A stretch of DNA of 64,000 nucleotides from Camelus dromedarius (Eukaryota): NCBI RefSeq assembly GCF_036321535.1, contig NC_087437.1, positions 118,360,001-118,424,000 on the forward strand, read 5' to 3'. Of this stretch, positions 1 through 11,000 are shown piece after piece (the stretch's first letter is position 1; every line of letters begins with the position of its first letter). The position numbers and the translations under genes are program-made. The notes under the pieces were generated by a model. The model searched no databases. It was given only the letters and a program-made list of their open reading frames with translations, and was not told the DNA's origin.

Positions 1-344
1 AAGTATTTTATATTTAAATATAAATTAAAGAGATATACATACATGGAAAGAGAGATGAGAGATGATTTTCTTTTAGGGACCTGTCTTGGTCCCGGGATTT
101 CCATTCCACAGCGTAATTAAACTGCATGCAAAGTGCAGGAAACCAAGCAGAAGGCCAAGACCTGAGCAGAGAGGAAAGATCCAGACTCCAGCCTTTCAGT
201 TCTGAGGGCCGGACCGAAGACAGACCTCACACCCAGGAGTGAAGACACCATGACGGTGTGCTTGTGACTTTCCGTGTTCACCTCGATGGGGAGACAGCCC
301 GTTCCGCGTTCTCTCTGGGACACTGGAGGGTCGACCAGTGGTTT

Positions 345-480
345 CATCTTTCAGCAAGTGTGCCTGGGGCCTTACTGGATCCTGGGCAGGAGAGGGAAAA
401 CCAGAGACAGATTCCTGCCTTTAGAGCTGTTCCCTGGTCGGGGAGGAGACACAAATAAATAGACAAATGCAATTCAAGGC
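345..480 (-). mobile_element. LINE L2 fragment (3' region, antisense)
   Basis: Degenerate match to the antisense L2 3' end (gagacagattcctgcctttagagctg...ggagacacaaataaatagacaaatgcaattcaagg); recalled consensus. Confidence 0.45.
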
Positions 481-1149
481 CCATTTGTGACGCAGCCCTC
501 ATGGAAGGCTCCAGGCTGCTGTGTGAGTGTGTGACTGGGGGTCCTGGCCGGCTCAGACCGAGTGGGAAGCACGATGTTGGGAAGGGTGAGAAATACGACA
601 TAACAGAGTGGTGGGGGCAAAGATAAGCCACTGACTCCGCCACCTGGCAGAAAGTACAATTCAAAAAATGTTAACTCTGGGCTGGCCCCAAATTCCCAGA
701 CTGCCAGCAACTTTACCTGCCAGATCCCTGCCTCTGATAGACTGATCCATCCACACCACATCCGGGAATCACTGTGGTTCCTGGCCTGCCCCCATGAGTC
801 CGGTTCCTCACATCAGATTGCCTGGGCAGTAGTTTCCTCTTGAATGATGACAATGAAGCTTTGGGGTTTTATGCAAATATGAGTTTTCCATGGTGCATTT
901 ATCACAGAGATTGGAGACGGTGTTTTCAGGGAGTTCTTATGAGGACAGCAAAGCACGGACGCCTTTTGTCTCTTCTCCAACACTGAAGGCAGCAATGACC
1001 ACATGACAGGGGCTCACTTTGTAACCACCTGCCACGTAGCACAGCCTGGGGGACCAGGTAATGATGCTGACCAGCTAACCTTCTCGAGGAACTCTGCCCA
1101 GTGAAGAAGCCAATGCCCATTGAACATCTGCCACCAGGTGTTTAAAAAG

Positions 1150-1830
1150 TGCATTACCTGCTCCTTGGTGATTACTCAAAGGAGCTGAAAACTGTGTCTA
1201 CACAAAACCTGCACACGTATGTTTACAACAGCTTAACTGGTAATCCCCAGGACTTGGAGGTAACCAGCTGTACTTCAGTGGGTGAATGGATAAATAAACT
1301 GTGGTCCACCCAGACCATGGACTATTACTCAGCACTAAAAAGAAATGAGCTATTAAGCTATGAAAGACATGGAGTAAATTTAAATGCATACGAATAAGTG
1401 AAAGAAGCCAATCTGAAAAGGCTGTATACGATATGATCCCAACCATATGAAATTCTAGAAAAGAAAAAACTAAGGCGACAATAAAAACATCAGTGGTTGC
1501 CAGGGTTTAGTGGGGAAGGGAGCGATGACTAGGTAGAACGCAGAAGCCTTCTGGGGCAGTGAAAATACTCTGTATGACACATAATGGTGGATGCGTGCCA
1601 CCATGCACTTGTCAAAACCCACAGAACGGACAACACCAAGAGTGAACCCCAATGTGAACTATGGACCTCGGGTGACTATGACGTATCAGTGTCGGTTCAC
1701 CGATTACAGCAAATCTACCACAGTGATAGGGGATGCTGATAACGGGGCTGTGTCTGTGGGGGAAAAGAGGGTATATGGGAACTCTACTTTTCATTCAATT
1801 TTGCTGTGAACCTAAAACTGCTCTTAAAAG
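1150..1830 (+). mobile_element. Old L1 3' end (L1MC1-like)
   Basis: L1 3' motifs gggtgaatggataaataaactgtgg and ctattactcagcactaaaaagaaatga, plus the L1MC-type tail caagagtgaaccccaatgtgaactatgg...caattttgctgtgaacctaaaactgctcttaaaa. Confidence 0.85.
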
Positions 1831-2244
1831 GGGCGGGAAAAGTATTGGCTGTGTTGAAGAAGGCTCTGGGTGGTTGGGCCTAACTCTCTCAGAGAACGAA
1901 TCAAACCACTAAAGAATTGTGAGACCTTGCTTTTGAAAAGTCTCAAACCTGATCTAAATTTTCAGGGATAAACCAAACTAAACACAGTTAATCCAGAAAT
2001 GGCAAAAAGGTTCACTCATGTAATACATATGAATGCTTTCCATTCTGGGATCTTAAAATTGTAGACTGTTAATCCAAGAAGTGAATTTACAGGTCATTCA
2101 TGAAAACCATCAGTAGTATAAAGAAGCCAAGTCTAATGAGACAACATGATTCACCTGAAGTTTAATCCAGTCCTTACACTCCTCTAAGCTCTCAGCCTCT
2201 TAAAAAAAAATCTACCTTGGTATGAGCCCTGCAGATGGTTAAGA

Positions 2245-2335
2245 ATCCACAGCCTCAGTTTCTGAGTCTGTGAAATGGGCATAATAACACTACCTCTCAG
2301 GGCTGCTGTAAGGTTCAGTGACACCATGTAGTTAG
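2245..2335 (+). mobile_element. MIR SINE fragment
   Basis: MIR core gcctcagtttctgagtctgtgaaatgggcataataacactacctctcagggctgctgtaagg. Confidence 0.75.
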
Positions 2336-2964
2336 CAAATTTCATAATTCATAAAGCACCATTCAACAATAGTCTATTCTGTCCTAGGGATTATGGTGGC
2401 AGAAGTCCAAGGCAGGTACACATCCCTCAGGAGGCAGCCATTTATTAAAAATGTCAGAAAAAAAGTAAATCAGAAGGGTTGCATTAATTCAAATAGTGAC
2501 TTCTGGGTGCACAAACATGACAGATAAACAGCTTTAAGTGGCTGATGCTACAAATACAGGAAATACTTAATGATTAAGAAGTGCCTGTGTTACCAAAGCT
2601 TTGACTTTTAGTCCATGCTTTCTCAGAGGTCAACCTGTAAAACTTCTTAAGAGATCTTTTTAAACTTCATAACTTCTTTGAACTGACTAAAAATCTCTTT
2701 GGATTACAGTATTTATACAGTAAGTACTGACATCAATCCTTTTTTAACTGGGATTGATTGCTTCAAAATGGAAACTGGATTCAAGGCTTATTTGAATTTA
2801 GTAGCTCTTTGGTCTTATTTGAGTGGGCAAATAAATGCTTAAGAAAATATGTGGGATGTATTTAGTTCAAATTGTCTTTTGAATAATTTCTGGAAAAAAT
2901 ATTAGTGAGGAGACTGGGAGCAATGATTGTGCCTCAGCTTCAATAAAGCTTGCACGTCAGTTGA

Positions 2965-3100
2965 CACTTATTGATCACTTATGCAATAACCCTATGATGT
3001 AGCTACTCCTCTACCCTTTTTCAGAGAGGGAAATGCAAGGCAGAGATGCATAAGGTGGTATGTGTGATATCAGGAACACGTACACTTTCAGATCAAAGAT
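2965..3100 (-). mobile_element. MIR SINE fragment
   Basis: Antisense MIR core caataaccctatgatgtagctact...ccctttttcagagagggaaatgcaaggcagaga. Confidence 0.55.
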
Positions 3101-3429
3101 TGGATACTTTTTCTCTGAACAGGTAAGTCCGCAAAGGGAGAGTGATTTTACAGTGAAGAGCAGGTGGCTGAGAGTGAGAAGGGGCTCTCCTGTAACCGGA
3201 CACAGGGAGGCACCATCTGCATCATTTTATAACCATAATGTTGGGGGTTTCCGTTGTGTGAGTGTCTGATGGGAGTCTCGCTCCTCCAAATGAGAACATC
3301 CAATACATCACTGGCTTACCAGCAATGCTAACAACTGTATCTGAGGAGTCTTAAGAAAAGACAAGGGCTGTGTCATACAAACGCCAAGGAAGAACGGGTT
3401 TGGTCAGGAGTCCGAGCAGAGCACAGGGC

Positions 3430-3535
3430 CACAAGCGTGGGCTTCATAGCCAGACGGCCTCCCGTGACCCCAGGTCTTGGGCAAGTTACTTCCCCTTTTC
3501 ATAATCAATTCCTTATCTGAAGATGGAGGGATCTC
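3430..3535 (+). mobile_element. MIR SINE fragment
   Basis: cttgggcaagttacttcccc...ttccttatctgaagatgg resembles the MIR core. Confidence 0.55.
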
Positions 3536-4424
3536 TGCTCAACAGTTTGGAACAATGTCTGGCAAGTGGTTGGTTTTATGGCAGTAAGTCAGACGTACCA
3601 ATCTGGTTTAGACAAGATGCATCTGTGCTCATAGGGAATTCCAGAGGGAAATGCTGTCACAGAGAACTGCAGAGGGGGGGTGGCTTCGGGGAGGGTCTGG
3701 AGGTACCAGGGTGTAGAGGGGGTGGGAAGTCACGGGAGAGGGCGGGTGTGAGACAACACGGGTACTGACAGGCAGACCACGCCAGGCGGTGGGGAACGTT
3801 GGAGCAGGTGGCTCGGACATCATCTCTGGAGATGAGCATGAACCGTCCCTGCCATTTTACAATATGGACAAGTGGGCGCTTTGACTCACTCCCCTGACTA
3901 ATACATGCTGGGCACACACAGGTGTTGCAGGTGTGTCTATGAGCAAAAGATGCTGATGGAGGCAGCATGGGATCATGATGACAAAGTCCTGCCAAAAACA
4001 TCTCTCCCTTTTTTAATGCAAGATTATCAGACCGTTGGATCAGCATAGTATCTGTTAGATCTCAGGGACCCAGGTCACAGCAGGTGTTCAGTGACTCCAG
4101 CAAGTCCTTCTGACAAAGAAGCGACATTCTTGTGACGACAGTGGAGATCTGTGAGGAGAAGCTTTGAATAATCAGAGGGATCGCAGCCAACTGGACACCT
4201 GTGTCCAGAGTGCTGGTGGGGAAGTGGTTACTGAGCTCAGTGGATTCCCTACTGGCACAGCAGAGAGCCACGATCTTGACTTCTGGTGTTCGTATTTATT
4301 TCATCAACGAGGAGTTGGTTGAGGAGCATGTGCTTATCAACTGCTCACATGATGCTAGCTGTTCCAGTTGACACTACACTGAGCACAGAATCAAGCTTCA
4401 CAAACATTGTTTTGAAGGGTCCAT

Positions 4425-4560
4425 AGTTTCACTTAGGGAAAGGAGAAAGTTCTGGTGCTGGATGGTGAGTGCACTTAATGTCCCTGAACTGTCCACCTAA
4501 AGATAGTTAAAATGGTATTTTTTATTATGTAAGTTTTACTATGATAAAAAAAATTTTAAA
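4425..4560 (+). mobile_element. L1MB-like 3' terminal fragment
   Basis: aaagttctggtgctggatggtga...cacttaatgtccctgaactgtccacctaaagatagttaaaatggta followed by an A-rich tail. Confidence 0.7.
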
Positions 4561-4597
4561 AAGGTTTTTACAACCAAGAGAAATAGGTTGTTTATTA

Positions 4598-4601
<4 letters not shown>

Positions 4602-4642
<41 letters not shown>
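4602..4642. repeat. (TTA)n microsatellite
   Basis: Perfect TTA run, read directly. Confidence 0.95.
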
Positions 4643-4643
<1 letters not shown>

Positions 4644-5718
4644 CACTAAATTCTATTTAGTGGGAGGACTAAAAGCCAAAGGACAGCACGTCCCACTTCT
4701 TGCTGAACTGTGACATTCTTTTGGTAGTAAGTTCTCGGTTCGTTTAGGTTTGAAAACAAGAACACATTTAGAAAAGGTGTTAGGGAGTTTCCATTTCACG
4801 TTTGTGTCGGCTTTGGATATACGCTGGTTGAAGTTCAATGAAACCAACTTTAAGGGAACTTTAAGCCATCATGTCACTATAACAAATTCAAATCCAGAAT
4901 TAAAAACAATTATTGATCAATTTATTTATAAAAAAATAATTGTAACAAATAAATTATACTAATAAAACATATGGGAAAAGTCTGCTGACAAATTTGACCA
5001 TGAACATAGCATATCATGAGTATATTTCATTTTATATTTTATTTTGAATCTGTTTCACTAACTGGGCGTAACTACTTTTTAACTGGATATCTCTGTGAAA
5101 TGTAGAAATATTACCTCATTATTTGTTTACAGTGTCCAGTGCATACTAGTTATGCTGGGAAAAATGGAGCAGAGTCATCTGGACAATTTGATACAAATAT
5201 TGATAAAACTGAGAAAATTATGAACTTAGGTAAATGACTAAAAACTGTACTTTTGTTTCAGTTGTTTGAATTGGAGTAAGTACTTTACCGTGCCCAATGT
5301 ATCAAATGATGACCACTGTTTTCTTAAAAAAAGGAAAATTTTACTGAGAAAATCAAAGAAAAATCAGGAAATGAAAGGACTCTAGAAGGGGAAGCACAGA
5401 TGTGGTTGGATGTGGGCTGTGGATTCACAGGCCGCCGTGGGTTTGTGCCCCGACTTCCCCCTCTGCTGAAAAGGCCTCGATCCGAAAAGCATTGCTGTGA
5501 GAAGGAAACAGAGCGAGGCACGTGATGCTAGCTCCCCTAGGGCTCAGCACCGAAGCAGGGTGCATGGAAAGGATGAGCTCTGTTTAATGGAAGTCCCTTC
5601 CCCATCAAGATTAGAGGGGGAGAGAGATGTCTTCAAGTTCTTCTCAGAGGTCTCTGGGAAGAGAGTTCAACGAGAGGACCATTGGCCCAGATGCAGGCAG
5701 AGGAGAAGGATGTCCCGC

Positions 5719-6330
5719 TGAGACAGGAAGGGGGCAGGGCACAGCCATTCAAGAAACAACACAACAATTAACATCAAAATGGTGACAGACTCAGCCCCAG
5801 GAGGCCTTGAGGCTTGAGGCGGTGGGATGTTTGACTTCTAGCAGACCTTGAGCTTCGTTACACACCCATCGTCATAACGTGGTAGATAACATGCCCGCAG
5901 GCGCCATGGCAGCCCCAAGGCTAGCCACGAAAGGTCAAAGAGTGGGAAACGGCCAACTTCCTGGAATCCCAGCCCCTTTCCCAGGGTAGTTAGACTGGTC
6001 CTTCCACTTACTAGCACAGGAAGCTACTGAGCCCATAAAAACTGGCGACACGGTGCCTTGCGGCCTGCCGCCACCCTCTCTCTTTCTCCACCTTCGGCGT
6101 CAGCAGCACTCTGTCTATGGAGTGTGTACCTAATCTGAGCACCCAACCCCACACCTCTTCCTTTCGATGTAGCTCTCTAAATAAATCTACCTTTACTCAA
6201 CTGTGGCTCACTCTTGAATTCTTTCCTGCGCGAAGCCAAGGACCCACACTTGGCGGGGCACGTCCCAGGGGCTCAACCGAAGCCTGGGACACAGCCCTCC
6301 TCACGCCCCACGCCCGCTTTTCCTGCGTCA
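5719..6330 (+). mobile_element. ERV1-class solo LTR, MER41-like
   Basis: TG...CA termini with an imperfect terminal inverted repeat (TGAGACAGGAA vs reverse complement TGACGCAGGAA). TATA-like CATAAAAA at 6034-6041 and AATAAA at 6180-6185. U5 motif ctcttgaattctttcctgcgcgaagccaaggaccc and actctgtctatggagt recall MER41. Confidence 0.75.
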
Positions 6331-6824
6331 CCATGGGAAGCCATTTCCAAACCTCGCTCTCCTCACCGCACCTGCCCTGCAGATTTTCTGCCCCTGCTCA
6401 CATTGGTGACCCCGTTGGAAACCAGAGGGTCAGGGTTCAGGGCACATGCACCCACTGAGGTCAGCCTCCAGGCCCAGCAGAGAACAGCCCTGGGACAGAA
6501 CAGCCGAGAATGACCAGCTCAGAAAGCATCTGGGGCTTTCTTGTTCCCCTTCAAGGACTCCATCAGAGTAGCAAGTCCCGCACTGGAGTTTCTAACATGT
6601 TATTCTTGTTTCTTCACTGAATTGTTATGAAGCAAGGTTTTGCAAGAAATAAAACCTATTTAACCATCTTTACCAAATGAAACGGCTTTTCCAGCCACAA
6701 GTTTTTCCTCTGATATGGTCAAAGATGAAAGCAAGAGGAAGTGAATGTAAGGATTAAGGAAAGGGAATACTTTTAACATTTGGTAGCAAAAGAACACAAG
6801 CTTTTGGCAGTAATGGTAAGCTCA

Positions 6825-7096
6825 GACTGCCTTTGCCTGACTGTGTCCTAACACAATTCCTGTGTTGAAATCCCAATGCCCAATGTGATGGAATTAAGAG
6901 GTGGGGGCCCTTGGGAGGTGTTGGGTTGTGAGAGTGGAGCCAGCAAGAAGTCTGGGCCCAGAAGAGGGCCCTCCCCAGCCTTGCTGCCCCCACCCCATTA
7001 GACTTCCCTCCTCCAGGGCTGTGAACGATAAATACCTGGTGTGTTAACCACCCAGTCTGGGCTATTTTGTTACAGCTGCCCACGTGGACGAAGACA
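6825..7096 (+). mobile_element. MaLR LTR (MLT1A-like), internally deleted
   Basis: gttgaaatcccaatgcccaatgtgatggaattaagaggtggggccc... and the 3' end ccacccagtctgggctattttgttacagctgccc...aagaca. Confidence 0.8.
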
Positions 7097-8194
7097 CAGG
7101 CTTTAGACCACTCTTAGGAAATACGAGTTCATGCCAGCCACAGGCTCAGCATTTCAGACCCTGGGGGTCCCTCTAGGGCACATCCTTTCCTGTTAGGCAC
7201 CACCCCAGGGTCACTGTAACCCTCAATGTAATGTAACGGATCACACCTCCTGAAGTACAGTTATGGTGGAGGTGCTAACGCGTCCCGGGCTTTGGGCAGG
7301 CAGGCCATCAGCCCTGCTAAACCCCGCACAGTACGTTGAGTAGGAAAACTTACTGTCCTCTTGGAATTAGCTGTTTTGAGAATTCTGCCCTAATTTCCAG
7401 ACTCACTTCTCACTCCCCTTGACTTCAGTGAACCTTTCATTTTAACCAAAGGGGTCCAAGCTGGTCCTTACGTCGCCTGGTGCCTCTCTATGCCGTTCCC
7501 CACCCAGGGGTCCCATGTGGCTCCTTGTCACTTTCTCACATCCTCCCCCTTGGGGAGCGTGCCCCCCCAGCACTCAGGCAGACCAGACAGCATCCCAGTA
7601 ATGAAACGTCATCAGCGCGGTTTCTCTTAGGAAGGCAGCCGCGGTCAAGGGTGGGGCTGCCGTGGACTGCTGGCTCTCACACTTTCTCCTCCAAGGAATT
7701 TAGCATCGTGCCGCTCACTTGGCACCTATTTTATGCCTATTCTTGGTGAAAATTTCCTGTGTCTTCTCTTTCCAACCAAGGCTGTCAGCATCTCGAGGAT
7801 GAAAATCCTCCCTAAGTGTGTCCAGGTCCCATCTGCTCCGTCACAGAGCCTTGGCGGAGAGGCACTGACAGCAGCCCGGCCCCTGGCAAAGCCCTGCGGG
7901 CGGGACTATGACACAGCTTTGCCCCCACCACGCAGACCATGCGTCACAGTTTAGTGGTTAGGCCTCACAGTGCAGTCTGCAGCCTCAGAACCATTGCAGG
8001 ACCAAACCCCAAAGCCAAAGCCGCGGCAGGTAGTGCTCCCCGGGCCTCAGCAGAACAGTCCTAGAAAGGTGAACATGTTTTAAAGTGAAACTTTATTTCT
8101 AATCCAAATTAGTAAACATGTGAGCTAAAAAAAATTGAATGAAAAATAAGCAAGTAAATTAAATTAATTTTAGCTAAATAAATACACGTCCTTA

Positions 8195-8425
8195 GGTAAG
8201 TTATATACTTTGTATTTGTAATATATAAACATATTCTATATAATATAATTATTTGTAATATATTAACATATTATATAATATAATTATATATAAATATTTG
8301 GGTAAATTATATATTTTTATTTATAATATATAAATATAATATATAATATAATTATTTACAATATATAAATATAGTATTATTTATAATACTTACATATTTT
8401 ATATAATGTTTATGATATGTATATC
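8195..8425. repeat. AT-rich low-complexity tract (degenerate TA/ATAAT repeats)
   Basis: Nearly pure A/T tract with repeated atataat/aatatat units. Confidence 0.9.
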
Positions 8426-8837
8426 TCCCAGGATTCATCATCTGCAGCAAGTGACAGATAAACCTGTGAGAAGAGCTAAACAAAGATGCCCACAGGTAAA
8501 GAGGCCCAGGTGGTCCATGAACCAGGGTAGGTCCACGTATAAAAAGGTCAGATTCCAGGAGGGCGGGGCTACCCAGGCCCCAGACTAACGAAGGTAACAA
8601 CCAGATCCTAGAAGCAGGTGAGGGCCCAGGAGCCAAGATCCAAGAGCAGAGGAAAGGCCCCAGGTACAAAAGTACAGCAGGGTCACCTGTCTAGAGCTAC
8701 TACCGCCCCTCTGCTGGAAAGGTGAGGCTGCTGCAATGACTCTCAGCGTGCATCCTCACCCTCCAACCTAAAAGCTGCCTCCAAAACTGTGGCCATGACT
8801 CTCAGCTTAAGCCCAAGCTGCTCATAGCCCATGGCAG

Positions 8838-8927
8838 CAGGGCCCAGTGTTTCAGGCTGTGCACTGCACAACTGCAGGGGAAACCGCTGCATAAACTAGT
8901 GGTCACGCCAGACAGCGCACTGGGCCA
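8838..8927. mobile_element. Possible hAT-Tip100 MITE (MER91-like)
   Basis: Begins cagggcc, contains tgtgcactgcacaactgcagggg (recalled MER91 motif), and is bounded by the inverted repeat ggcccagtg...cactgggcc. Confidence 0.4.
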
Positions 8928-9870
8928 CAGCCAGTTTCCGAACAATTGTTTTCCCATGCAAGGCAATAGGAATTTACCCAATGCTTGTTGAAAAAGAAAA
9001 GAAAGCCCAGACAGGCTGTGAGCCACATGGAGGGATTCATCTGGCAGTGGATTTTCAATCATGCCAGTTCTGCCCACCTGGGGCTTGGAGTCCCTTCCCC
9101 CATGTATCCCGTGCTATCGCTTCCTGTCAAGGGACGCACTCTCCCTCTGTCACTCAGTGTTTCATCTTGCTCCCTGGGACCTTTCCCAGTAATGGTGAGT
9201 GTTTGAGAATAATGTCGCGAGGCTGCCTTTTCCTTCCTGCGCCCTCTCCCATATTTCCACTTTGTCACATCCTCTTTCTCCCTCTGTGACCTCTGCTCTC
9301 ATCTGGTCCAGGATTCCTGGGAGGAGCTGGGCAGAAGTCTGTGCACAGCCAGGGCCAGGCACATGATGGCAGTTCAGGATGAGAAAGCCAATGAGAGAAG
9401 GCCATCCCTGAGTGTCCCCCTTCCCAGGGTCCCCATGCCCACGTGAGTGGGAGGAGACCACGGGCTGCCCAGGGAACGCTGAACTCAGCTTGCCTTCTGC
9501 AGGGACCTGCAGTGAAGGATGTGGTTGGCTGGTAGCGTGGTTGACCCAGAGGCCACACTCTCCTGGACAGCCCTGGGGGAGGGGGGCAAAGGTGGTGCTG
9601 GCTAGGCGGGGAGGATGGGAGTTGAGAAGCACTGACCTGAGTCACCAAGAGAGCCTGAAGGCAGGTTCACGCTGCAGTAGACATAGACGGGGGTGGGGCG
9701 GGTGGGGGGACTGGGGGAGGTAAACCGACCATTTTCATGCACTCATTAAATTAGCAAGTGCTACTGGTTAGTGCCTGATCGTGTATCAGATATTCTTCTC
9801 ACCCCCGGGGATGTTTTCGCAACCAAATCCCTGCTGGGGAGAAGCTGAATCATAATAGTATTTCCATCAA

Positions 9871-10009
9871 AAGTGACTAAAGTCAGAAAGAGAAAGAAAA
9901 AGACTATATTCTATCACTCATATGTGGAATCTAAAAAAAACAAACAAAAAGAAGAGAAAAGAAAGAAGAAGACACTAATGAACTTATCTACAAAACAGAA
10001 ACAGACTCA
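9871..10009 (+). mobile_element. Young (camelid-type) L1 3'UTR internal fragment without poly(A) tail
   Basis: aagtcagaaagagaaag...atcactcatatgtggaatctaaaaaa...aatgaacttatctacaaaacagaaacagactca matches the reverse complement of parts of the L1 copies at 19.3, 24.1 and 51.8 kb. Confidence 0.85.
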
Positions 10010-10229
10010 GTCAAATTTGTGTCACTCTGAAATCAGAAAGTCAAATGTGCTGACTGTGTGGTGTCCCGCCGGAGAGCCTCATCCCCAGGAGACAAGAGCG
10101 GCTGCTTGGTGTTGGGGGAGGCGGGGAAAGACAGCCATGAATAAAGAGATCTTTCCCCTCCTTTCCCTTTAAAAGTCAAGTTTTAAGCATGAGTATTTAC
10201 ACAGAGAAATGGAAGAGGCGATTTTGTGA

Positions 10230-10435
10230 GTAAATTCGCTTATTTGTCAAGTATTTACTGAGCACCTGCTTTATGCCAGGCGCTGTTTTAAGTTCAAGGG
10301 ACACAGCTGCGAATAAAACAGAAAATGCCCCGCACTCGTTGGGCTCACACTCCCGTGGAGGGGAAAAACAATGAATAAATAAAAGTAAATGGGAAACATA
10401 ACGGCAGGTGACGGTAACCCCGGGAAGGAAAGTGG
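10230..10435 (-). mobile_element. LINE L2 3' end
   Basis: caagtatttactgagcacctgctttatgccaggcgctgttttaagttcaagggacacagctgcgaataaaacaga is the canonical antisense L2a end. Confidence 0.8.
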
Positions 10436-10724
10436 GTGAGGGGGGTGGTGCAGGCTGGCAAGGGGCTGTTGTCGGAACCAAAATGGAACTCCAGAGTCGC
10501 GCTGGGTAACAGTGCCGAGGAAGAGACAAGAGGGAAATAAAACAAAAGTGCTCTGTATTGTTCATGGGGCCCCACGGCAAGGGCAGAAAAGATTCTGGAA
10601 CCTGCCTGCTGTCGCATCAGTGTCTGGGGTTGACAAGCACCATCGGCAGCCACAGAAAATACTCTCTCTGCCACAGTGGCTTCCCGTCCAGCCGATGCTT
10701 CTGCCTCGACCCTGTCTCCGGGGA

Positions 10725-11000
10725 AGTGCTTCTCTTGAGCCTCCATCAAATTTCCATCTGAATATGGGGTGTCCCCATTTGGACATCACACAGGCCCCTC
10801 AGTTCGGATATGTCCAATGCTTAACTTACATTTCTCCCCCTACCCCAGACACTTCTCCTCCTCCATGGAAAGGGGCCATCAATCACCCGGTGACTCAGGG
10901 CAGAAATCTTGGAACGATTCAACCAGACTTCTTCCCACTTACCATTCGGTCTCAACTGGCCCCCACGTTCTGCCGGTGCAGGCTCCGAAGAGTCTCCCTC
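10725..11000 (+). mobile_element. LINE L2 fragment
   Basis: ccatttggacatcacacaggcccctcagttcggatatgtccaa...atcacccggtgactcagggcagaaatcttggaac resembles the 3' part of L2 ORF2. Confidence 0.65.

Noticed and set aside
8530..8575. TATAAAAA with a nearby GC box
   Set aside because: The GC box lies downstream of the TATA, and the surrounding sequence may be an unclassified old LTR; insufficient support.
8703..8718. CTCF-like sequence (also 14701-14715)
   Set aside because: Core spacing is off (extra G, or GTG instead of GGC), breaking the most constrained positions.
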